Assembly: GCA_965215015.1 (NCBI GenBank) | Contig: OZ244042.1 | Span: 3,680,001 to 3,744,000 of the forward strand | From: Candidatus Poribacteria bacterium | GTDB lineage: Bacteria > Poribacteria > WGA-4E > PCPOR2b | Direction: 5' to 3' | Length of the DNA: 64,000 nucleotides | Shown here: piece after piece, positions 51,801 to 61,800 of the stretch | How the letters are laid out: the number at the start of each line of letters is the position of its first letter | Numbering within the stretch: position 1 is the stretch's first letter | Position numbers and translations under genes: made by a program | The notes under the pieces: model-generated | Database searches by the model: none | The model's input: the letters and a program-made list of their open reading frames with translations, nothing else | Told to the model about the DNA's origin: nothing

Positions 51801-52040
51801 GGTGTTATCTCCTCCAATTTTAGAGTAAATTGATAAAACGATGGTTAAGTCCCATCCAAAATTGTGCAATTTATTGCACAGTTAAACAACTTAGTTTTAA
51901 TTTTTCAGACGTGATACAACCGAATTGATACTGTATCTCGTCTGCCGACGCACTACTAAAGAAATATTCATAGCGCGCTCACATTTTCAAAATCTGTAAC
52001 AGCCGAGCTAGACGCTCCCTCTATTAGGAATATCTATGGT

Positions 52041-52853
52041 CTACTGCCCAGCTTTCAGTTCACCCCAAACCGTTGCTAATTTACCTTTTGCTTCAACAGA
52101 AAAGGGATTACCTTCGGGTGTCGTAACAAACACATCATCTACCACAATTTTGCCATTAACGGTTCCAAAACCGATACGTCCTTCGCCTTGAATATTTACA
52201 TCTTTTTTCCCTAAGGCTTCAAGGTCAACAATCGGATCACCATAACTCCCCGCAGCCACCGCCCCTGCTTTATCGGTCAGGTACAGTTTATAAAGCTTTG
52301 CAGCATTTTCAATTTTCACATAATAATCTGTCCCAGCGTTGATCTTTGTTTTAGTTTCGGTGATTTCAAACGGCTTGATAATAGTCCGTATATCACGTTG
52401 GACGACTGCACCTCCACCCTTTTGGAACCACCAATAGATCACATGACGACGACCACTCTCTTGCATCAGTTTGGGCAGACTTCCAGCGGGGGAAAAGTTA
52501 CCCCCCTGCGAACCGTCGCTGTGAAACCGCCAGAAAATAGCTGGCTCAGAACCAGCCGAAGTGGAGATTTTTGCATAGAACCAATAATCAACCCACTCTG
52601 GATCCCAATGTGCATCAGTCACCATGATTAGGCTTTTATCAGCTGATGTATTTCTTAATTCTCCGCCTTGAATGGTCCACTTTCCAAGGGCGACATGCCA
52701 TTTTCCTGAGCCATCTAACTTACCGCTCTTGAAATTATCCTCAAACAGGATTTCTATGGCTTGAACGAAACTCGGTGCGATGAGCGAGACGCTCACCAAA
52801 ACTGCGATTGCCGCAAACAGAAATAGTTTGGGCAAGCTGTTAGTTCTATACAT
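52041..52853 (-). CDS. Secreted DUF1080/GH16-like protein with C-terminal WG motif
   Basis: Signal peptide, ILFEDNF, GRIGFG, DDVFV, ends VEAKGKLATVWGELKAGQ. Confidence 0.75.
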   Translation of the reverse strand: MYRTNSLPKLFLFAAIAVLVSVSLIAPSFVQAIEILFEDNFKSGKLDGSGKWHVALGKWTIQGGELRNTSADKSLIMVTDAHWDPEWVDYWFYAKISTSAGSEPAIFWRFHSDGSQGGNFSPAGSLPKLMQESGRRHVIYWWFQKGGGAVVQRDIRTIIKPFEITETKTKINAGTDYYVKIENAAKLYKLYLTDKAGAVAAGSYGDPIVDLEALGKKDVNIQGEGRIGFGTVNGKIVVDDVFVTTPEGNPFSVEAKGKLATVWGELKAGQ

Positions 52854-52930
52854 GGCTAACTCTCCTTTCAAGTTTCGATTATGACAAACAGATGACAAAC
52901 AAATGTCAATTACGATACAAAGATAATGCT

Positions 52931-52959
52931 ATTTTATTACAGATCTAGTTGTGTGTCAA
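52931..52959 (-). promoter_or_regulatory. Sigma70 promoter of the TWG-protein cluster
   Basis: TTGACA-N17-TAAAAT. Confidence 0.75.
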
Positions 52960-53157
52960 CAAAAAAAGATCCCATCCTCCTAAACTAAAAACGCATTTAT
53001 TCAATTTAGGCTTAGCACGCCCCTTTAATTTATAGTATTCTATAAGGTGGTTTAAGTCGGTAAATTGCTAACTTTTTGGTGTTAGCAGTATAGATGGACG
53101 GCTACCTCACCTATACCTGTGCCGAAAAGAGATGATCCCTGTGGCATGGAGAAACGC

Positions 53158-53952
53158 TGTAGGGCGCCCCCTTGTACCCTCCCCTCTGCGGGGGTATAGA
53201 GGGGGGCGTGAGTTTGTAGTAGTACAATTCATTACACGTCTTCCCCCCTGCTTGCGGGGGGGTTAGGGGAGGTACACCTACGCCCCTCCCCCTACTTGTC
53301 CTCGGTTACGGGAGTATAGAAGGGGCATAAGTTTGTAGTAGTGCAATTCATTGCACGTCTTCCCCCCTGCTTGCGGGGGGGTTAGGGGGGTACACCTGCA
53401 CCCCTCCCCCTACTTGTCCTCAGTTACGGGGGTATAGAAGGGGCGTAAGTTTGTAGTAGTGCAATTCATTGCACGTCTGCCCCCCCGCTTGCGGGGGGGT
53501 TAGGGGGGGTACACCATGCGTCCCTCCCCCTACTTGCGGAGGGTTAGGGGGGGTACACCTGCGCCCCTCCCCCTACTTGTCCTCGGTTACGGGGGTATAG
53601 AAGGGGCGTGAGTTTGTAGTAGTGCAATTCATTGCACGTCTGCCCCCCCGCTTGCGGGGGGGTTAGGGGGGGTACACCATGCGTCCCTCCCCTTCAAGAT
53701 ATTCGTCGAATCTATCTAAAATCTCTTGTTAGGGGGGGTACACCATGCGTCCCTCCCCCTACTTGCGGAGGGTTAGGGGGGGTACACCTGCGCCCCTCCC
53801 CCTACTTGTCCTCGGTTACGGGGGTATAGAAGGGGCGTGAGTTTGTAGTAGTGCAATTCATTGCACGTCTTCCCCCCTGCTTGCGGGGGGGGGGTAGGGG
53901 GGGTACACCTACGCCCCTCCCCCTACTTGCGGGGGACCGAGTGAGGGGCTTA
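53158..53952. repeat. Mosaic REP-like (BIME-like) array
   Basis: gtagtagt(a/g)caattcatt(a/g)cacg at 53216, 53335, 53453, 53616 and 53845, alternating with ccccc(c/t)gcttgcggggg hairpins. Confidence 0.9.
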
Positions 53953-54092
53953 GGTTCTTAGGGAAGTTAGCTCAACGAGCCAGGAATTGACAGACACCCC
54001 ACCGCGTATTTGAGGAAGCGTTCTCCTAAGTTGCCTTGTAATGCGCCTAAGGGCGAAGAAAATGAGCCAATTACATACCACGTTCCGCGGCT

Positions 54093-54980
54093 TCAAGGCA
54101 AGTCCGGCAACCAAAGAAACGAGAGCACCTGGTTCAGGCGGGGTAATCGGCGGGATTGCTCAATGAGGGCTTGGTCCGATGGCGTCGAACACCAATAGGA
54201 CAACGGGACTTTCCGTCTACCCTCTTTGAACTCTTTTAATCTACTTTTGTCAAGAAGGCCTGCAACCGATTCGGGATGGAGAGATTTGTTTTTGGCAAGA
54301 TAGCAATCGCTGTTCTGACGAAAACGCTCGGAATACGCAAAATATTTAATCTGCCCTTGCTCAGACAGTACAACCGCACAAATATGCGGACTCAGGCGGG
54401 TGTAGCGAATCGCTGTGCTGGTCAAAGAGGTAGAATATTTGGAAGCGAGGGCATCAATCGCCGGTAAGCCGATTTTAGGCAGATCCGCAGCGTCCGCTCG
54501 GAAAATGGGAAATGGCATCAGCAGCTCAACTGCGAACTGATTGGCACGTTGCTCCTCCAATCGGTGCGAATCAAATCCACGCAAATCTTCGCGCTGACAG
54601 CGGTGCTGAGGGACAAATTCCACCACCTTGTTCGTTTCACTTGTGGCGGAAATTTGCCGCTCGGCTTGCCCTCCATCTAGGTAGTAATGCCCCAGCTCGT
54701 GAGCAATCGTAAAGTTCTTTCGAGCCTGGGACTGAATCAGGTTGTTGAGCAGGATGCCCCAAGTATCGCCGACCCGCATCAAGCAGCCATCATACTGGCT
54801 TTCCATCTCACGCTCCCAAACAACAATCCGCAGTTGTTCCGCAATTTCCCGCGGTTGGATCGGGATGCCCTGAACATTGAGCTCACGCAATAACTGGCGC
54901 GCACCCTCGGCGGGCTCCAGATCGAGCTTGGAGGACACCTGTCTTGAAATCTTATGTTTTTGGGAAGGTCTCTGATTCAT
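54093..54980 (-). CDS. ImmA/IrrE family metallo-endopeptidase
   Basis: R.NFTIAHELGH, E.RAN.FA.ELLMP, S..ST.IRY. Confidence 0.9.
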   Translation of the reverse strand: MNQRPSQKHKISRQVSSKLDLEPAEGARQLLRELNVQGIPIQPREIAEQLRIVVWEREMESQYDGCLMRVGDTWGILLNNLIQSQARKNFTIAHELGHYYLDGGQAERQISATSETNKVVEFVPQHRCQREDLRGFDSHRLEEQRANQFAVELLMPFPIFRADAADLPKIGLPAIDALASKYSTSLTSTAIRYTRLSPHICAVVLSEQGQIKYFAYSERFRQNSDCYLAKNKSLHPESVAGLLDKSRLKEFKEGRRKVPLSYWCSTPSDQALIEQSRRLPRLNQVLSFLWLPDLP

Positions 54981-55009
54981 AATCAAGCAGCAGATCCCTT
55001 GTAACTACG

Positions 55010-55348
55010 CTACTTCGCGTTTTTGTCGTTTTTGTCTCTAAGAAATTCGTAGAATTCAAGCAAGGCTTCCTTATCTTTCTCCGAAAGCTCCATGATGCCT
55101 CTAAACATAATACTAACTTTCGGATCCGCTAAAAGATCATTGTAGCCTTGCTCCTTTTTGCCGAGCAGGTAGTCCGTGGTGACTTTCAGCGCATCGGCGA
55201 GGCTCGAAAGTGTGTCAAACGCCGGTTTGCGGGTGCCAGACTCAAACTGCGAAATCGCCGCAGGGGTCAGTCTTGCCGCTTTGGCCAGTTGTGTTTGCGT
55301 CATTCCAAGCTTATCACGGCGTTTCTTAATACGTACTGAAACAGACAT
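55010..55348 (-). CDS. XRE-family HTH transcriptional regulator
   Basis: RIK.RR...GMTQ.QLA.....AIS.FE.G.R.P....L..LA.AL.V.TDYLLG; AGGAGG RBS. Confidence 0.93.
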   Translation of the reverse strand: MSVSVRIKKRRDKLGMTQTQLAKAARLTPAAISQFESGTRKPAFDTLSSLADALKVTTDYLLGKKEQGYNDLLADPKVSIMFRGIMELSEKDKEALLEFYEFLRDKNDKNAK

Positions 55349-55764
55349 AATCACATACCTCCTTTTGGGTTAAGGTAAAAACTAAAAACAGTGTACAGTT
55401 CAATAATCGAAAAAAATAGGGCCTATTAAGCTGCCTAACGGTTGTGATTCACATTTTAACATATTACGCCAGCCTAATGCAAGCTATAAAACAGAATTTA
55501 AGAGAAATTAATGAAAATTTGTACAAAACGGTAGCCCAGATCTGAACCAAAAGATAGGGCACTTAACAGGGGGAAAACCCCGTCTCTATAAGAAAATAGA
55601 TAGAAACCGACGCAAGAGGCGGGGATTGGAATGCCCTCCTACTACACAAACTACACAAAACAGATAGAACGTAGAGAAAAATTTAGTATTACGTTTTACG
55701 ATATTAATCTTAAAGAGTATCCTGTTATAACCCTCACTTTTGTAAATTAGATCCGTTTTGCGTC

Positions 55765-55795
55765 TTGACAAGATTCTACGACTGTGATAGAATCT
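55765..55795 (+). promoter_or_regulatory. Sigma70 promoter of the giant gene with overlapping inverted repeat
   Basis: TTGACA-N17-TAGAAT with a TGn extension; agattcta-N9-tagaatct inverted repeat at 55771-55795. Confidence 0.8.
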
Positions 55796-55861
55796 GACAA
55801 ATTTAAACAAAATAGAACTATGTGCCGGTTAGCTTAATTAAAAAATTTCGGAGGGATCACC

Positions 55862-58800
55862 ATGATTATCAAGAGATATTATTACATCAGTTTATGGCTT
55901 TGTATCTTTGCCCTACTATCTCCGCATGTGGACGCCGCGGTTGAAGAGCAGCTGTCAGTTGGGCTTTCGGAGGTTGCGGTCAAAATCGTTGACAAAGTCG
56001 ATATCGGTCGAATGCGAAAAGACATCGCTCGACTCTCTAATCTTTCCACCCGTGTCACCGGCTACGATGAAGCCGCCTCAGGCAGCAAATACATCTTCGA
56101 TCAATTTGTCGATATTGGCTTACAAAACGTCGAGAGCCGCGAGTTTCCTGTTTCCGTGCCGATTGACCACGGTGATGGGAAGGTAGAAATTCTCTCCGAA
56201 GATAAAACGCTCCTCAAGACTTATCGAATCTGGTCCATTTGGCCCAACCTGGTTCGCACCTCCTTCCTCCCCAACGGTATCTCCCATCTGGTAGTCGCAG
56301 GTGAAAACCTTGATAGGATTGCCAAATCCTACCAAGTTGACCCACAAACCATTTTAGCTGACCCGCACAACCAATACCTTCGTGACCAAGCAACCGATGG
56401 CAGCGATAACGATGATGATGGTGAAGTCGACGAACCGGGCGAGTTGGTGCTGGTCGAAGGCAACTCACTCTTTATTCCCACCGGCGGATTGACCGCCCCC
56501 ATCTTTTATGGCGGAAGTGGCGAGCTCGCCTCGTTCAACGGTAAAGATATCGGAGGCTTCTGGCACAAAGTTCAGCCTAACGATACGCTAGAAGACCTCG
56601 CCCATCAATTTCGCATCGGCGTCGGTAGTATCACCGACGACGTGCTTAACGGGCACCTCCAAAAAACGCAAGATGGTATCGACAACAACGAAGACGGACA
56701 GATTGACGAATACGGTGAGATTCCCCCACTCACTGAAATCTTACAGTGGGATACCGACGGTATTGACAACGATGGGGATGAGTTCGTAGACGAACAGCCC
56801 GGCGATGCAACTGACGGCATCGATAACAACAACAACGGACAAATTGACGAAGAAGGTGAATTTGTCGCCGCCTCTGAATCCAGCATCTTTATTCCCCAAG
56901 GCAGCGTTGCCCTTATTGACTTCAACTCTAGCACCAAATGGATTAACGCCGCAATGCTTGGTGCAAAAGCCGTGCTCTTCATCGAGCCAGAGACCACTAT
57001 CCGCGGCGAGGCTGAAAACAAATTTCTGACGGTCCCCGCCAACATCCCTCGATTCTGGATTGCTAAGAAAGATGCCGACGAACTCTTGGCTATGCTCGGT
57101 GAAGGAGAAACGGGTGCACAATCACCAATAACAGAAACTGACTCGCAACCGTCCGGGTTGATTGAGCCAGGAGGGGTGGAGCGCAGCCCTAGGTATCCGA
57201 AACTTTATGCGCGTCTTACCAGTACCATCACTTGGGAACAGCGGATGGGGCAGAACATTCGGGGCTTCCTTGAGGGGGGCGACCCAACCCTGAAAGACGA
57301 ATTGGTCGTTATCACCGGCTATTACGACTCAATGTCTGTCGTTCCCGCAATGGCACCGGGAGCCGACCCCACCGGCGGCATCGCCACGTTGTTGGAACTT
57401 GCCCGCATCTTTAGCGACGAGGAATTTCGGCCGGGCCGCTCTCTCCTTTTTGTAGCGACAGATGCCCACTTCCAAGGGCTCGGCGGGATGCGAGCATTTA
57501 TGGAAGGGATTGGTCAAGATATCGTCGGCCGCGAAGCGGATTCTCCCGGCACACCGACGATGCGCGGGCTGCGGCGCGGTTTAAGCACCGACCTCTTTGA
57601 GTTTGAGGAATTAGGACGCAAGCTATTGCTGTCAATCGATCGGAATGTGCTGGTAGACCTGCCCCCTAACTTCTTCCATGATGTCCACGAACTCAAAGCA
57701 GATGTTGATTCCCTAGCAACAACCCTCGCTGATTTGGCGACGACAAAGGGCAAGATTAACAGCTTGCGTAACGCCCAACGTGAGGCAAAAGAGAAGGAAA
57801 AGAAGAAACTTGAAACAACCAAGAAGCGAGAGAAACAAGGATTTACCGAAGAGGAAAAATCTCGGCTAGAAGTTAATCTAGCAAAGTTCAAGAAGGATGC
57901 ACTGCAGACCACCCAATTCATTCGTTCAATGTTTCATCGTACCCTTAAATTGCGTACCCAAGCATTGGACGAGTGCCGTCAAACCCAGCGCGAACTGATT
58001 GAACAGGTTGCCTTACCCATGGCTCGGTTGGATGTCTGGGCAATTGAAAAACTCATCGCAGATCTGGCAGCGAAACGAATTAAAGGGAAATATGCCCAAA
58101 CGCCAGACAGCAGCTATCTCGTGCCGAAGGAAGGGGAGGACGGACAGTATTACTTGCCCGCACCAAACGACCTATCATCGTATTTAGAGGCAGATGTTCA
58201 GCGGCTGTCCGAAGCATTGCAGGACTGGGAATTTGAAGATCCACGGAAATTCACCCTCCAGTATGCCCAAGAGAAGTTGTTAGACCGTCATCTCGACTTT
58301 AAGGGGTTGGAACGAATTAAGTCCGCCCGGAGGGTTGTGAACCGCGCTGAAAAATCTCTAGAAGCCTACATAATCGAGGAACGACAAATCCTTGAACGGA
58401 CGCTCGCAAACATTCCCGCTGGCAGCGACGCGGCGGATAGCATCAAAAACGCTATCACCCAGTTAGGCGCTAAACCCGACCATATCCCCAGCGGCTTTGT
58501 TGATGAGCTAAAACTCTTCCTCAACGCAGCGACCCTCAAGCAGTTCGAGATTGTCCAGAACCAACTCCATCAGAAGTTAGAGATGATGGACCCAACAACG
58601 GGAACAACAACCTCACGAGAGTTGGATCAAATTCTAATTGACGACCTGACCAGAGATAAACAGAGCATTCTCGAAACCGCGATGCGTAACGCTCGCCTCG
58701 AACGCTATCGGATTGAATCCCTCCTCGCACGCCATGGGTCGTTGAACCGATCCTACCTCGCCGAAGAAGAACTCGTCCTCCGGCACTATCTCCCTGAAGA

Positions 58801-61800
58801 TGCAGCAGACCGGGCGATGGACGTCCGAGAGCAAATCTTCGGTCAGCTGGAAGAACAACAGCTACTCGAGATAGTGAAGAAGCGAGCCAAGAACGATATC
58901 GTCGAACTCCAGAATCTTCTCAACGTTCTTGACCGCCTCGATCGGGACCCGGACGAGGAGACCAAAATCCTCCTGCGTGATAACCTGCTGACGATGCGAA
59001 ACGCTCGATTCCGTAATCTACAGAAACGGGTGGAAAAAATCGCACGCATCAGCGAAGCCGAATACACACGGAAGATACGCTCCATTGAACAAGCGATTGC
59101 ACTCCAAGACATCTTTAACCGTTACTACACCTCTCTCTTTATTTCTATTGACCTCTCCAGCCAGAACGACCAATTTGGCGTATTCAACAAAGGTTGGTTC
59201 TACGACCAACAACCCGAATTCGTCCTCCGCCGCGAGTTTGCTTCTATCGGAAATAAACTTGCCGAATACGCGCAGGGCGCCGATTTCGGCGAGCGTATCC
59301 AGAAACTCTGGACCTTCACCGACGACCAGATCCGCCAAGCGGTGATGAACACCCAGTGGACAGTCGCAGCCGGCATCGATCCGAAAAAAGCCATCGAAGG
59401 CAAGAGCCTAGAAAGCTTAGTCACCGAACATTATGCAACGTTGGTCGGGCTATCCGGGGTCTCTCGATTGATGAAGATGCAATTTGAACAGATGAAAAGC
59501 CAAGGCGAACCGTCCGAGGACATGCTCAAGGATATGGACTATATCCGCAAGGAGGTCGAGCGATTCATCCGAAACGATATCCGAGAGGCACGGAAGAACC
59601 GCAAGAATAAAGTGCGCCTGCTCAATCGACTAGATGCCATGCTTGCCCTGCGCTATGAAGACCCGTCCGAATTCACCCAAGAAGAAGTCGATGATATCAA
59701 GGCACTCATTAATATTGCCGGTTTCGGCGGTGAAACCAACTTCGTCAACGCAATCTCCGCCAGTGGCGGTAAGATCTGGAAGACTTACATCCCCGGCAAG
59801 ATTGCCTTCGATAGCGAAGTTGCCACCCTCACCGGGTTTACCGGAATCGCTTTTGCCACCATAGACGATGCGCGCGTGCTGACCGATACCCCGCTCGATA
59901 CTATTGACCGGATGGACTTGACCAAAGATGGTGCCTTGCATAAACAAGCGAAGACCCTTGCCGCTGTTCTCATCCAAGCAATGCGCGACCCGAAGATGCC
60001 CACCGCAGCGCGGGTCGGGAATTTCTACTGCAACCTATTTGGTGATGTCGTCGAGTATGACGCCCGCGAGAGCGCACTCCCAAACAAGCCAGTCGAGTAC
60101 CCCATCCTCGCCTTGCGGAGTCGGCACAAAACTATGATGGGAGTACGCGGCGACCTCATCGCAATGGGAGACAATAAAGGGAACTTTGAGGTCGCAGGGC
60201 TTGCGATGGAGGGACGCGCAACCATCCGTCTCAAAGGAACGCAGGAGGTGGAAGCATACATCCTCCACCCCGATTCGGGCGATATTGTCTACGCACCGGA
60301 TCTCGGCAATTTCGGCGCAAAACTTTTACCGAACCTGATACCGATCAACACCCACCGTCGTGGATGCCGGATTGTGGTTTTCCCCTGCGTGTCCACCACC
60401 ATTTACGATCTTGTAGATCAGCGATACCTACGGACCCTTCGTGAGCTGGAAGTTTTTGATGCCGCAAGCGATAGCCCACCCGAAAAGTATGGCGTGTCGA
60501 AGCCGTGGCAGCAGGAAGGCATCTCGGCGACCGAACCCATTGCGCTCGTCTATTCTGAACCCAACAGCCGTATCAAGGTGGGGATGGCGTATGGACAGAT
60601 TGGCAAACGGTTGCTGCTGATTAAAGCCAGCAAAAGTGGAACGAAGAACCCCACACTCTATACCGGAGAAGGGTTTGTCGTCCGTGAAAACGGGAGCATT
60701 CGGGTAACCCCATATGTTGTCGTCCGCGATATGTGGTGGCTCGATGAAAACCGAGCCAGTTTGTATAAACGGTTCGGCATCAGCAGCGACCGACTCGATC
60801 AACTTCACCAATTTGCCAATGAACATCTGAATCAGGCGGAGGCCGCCCTCATTCAAAGAGACTATCAGCAAGCACTCAAGCTCGCCCGCGCCGCCTGGGG
60901 ATACGAATCTCGCGCATATCCCGATGTCAAGAAAACAGGCAATGACGTCGTCAACGGCGTGATGTTTTATCTCGCGCTCCTGATCCCGTTCGCTTACTTC
61001 ATGGAGCGACTGCTGTTCGCCTTCCCAACCGTCCAAAAGCAGATTATCGGAACAGCCGCGATTTTCCTCGTCGTATTTTTCTTCTTGGCGCAGGTGCACC
61101 CCGCATTTCAGATTACCACAACGCCGGTTATCATCCTGATTGCATTCATCGTCCTCGCATTGACAGCAATCGTAATCAGTATCATCGTCCGGAAGTTTGA
61201 AGAACAGATAGAAAAAATTAAGCAGGAAGGCTCGCAGGTGTACAAAGCGGATGTGGGACGACTGTCTGCCTCCGCTGCCGCTTTTAGTCTCGGTATTTCC
61301 AATATGCGTAAGCGGAAGGGGCGCACCATCCTCACCTGTAGCACGCTGGTCATTCTCACATTTACGGTCATCTCCTTTACATCGGTGCGGACCTTTATGC
61401 ACCCCAACAGCACCAACCTACCGTCTGTAACCCCCCGATACACCGGGATGCTCATCCGAGATCAGTATTGGAACCCTCTTGAGGAACCCGTTGTCAACTC
61501 CCTTACAAACGATTTGCGGAAAACACAAATCCCTGAAAAGGATTTACGGCTACTGTTGAAGAAGCGGCGGGGACAGCAGGGTACGCCTACCAATCAGATT
61601 GACGAGGACGTTGATGCAATGTTAGACCAACTACGGCAGCAGGGGGCATTAATTGAACTCGGTGAAGAATCTGTATTGCGAGTGCACAACATCGTCGCAC
61701 CACGAGCGTGGTATCAGTCCGCAGGTACAGGGGATCAGTCATTTGTACAGCTAGAACGCACCGCCAACCCACGAGATCCCGTACCGCCTGTCAATACCGC

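Noticed and set aside
53632-53829. PPACGG-repeat ORF (similar ORFs at 382-612, 31650-31832 and 42185-42376)
   Set aside because: These are translations of the palindromic REP repeats, not genes.
60428-61402. 324-aa antisense ORF, and other long antisense ORFs such as 9701-10291 and 30774-31340
   Set aside because: They lie entirely opposite well-supported genes and show no recognisable motifs.
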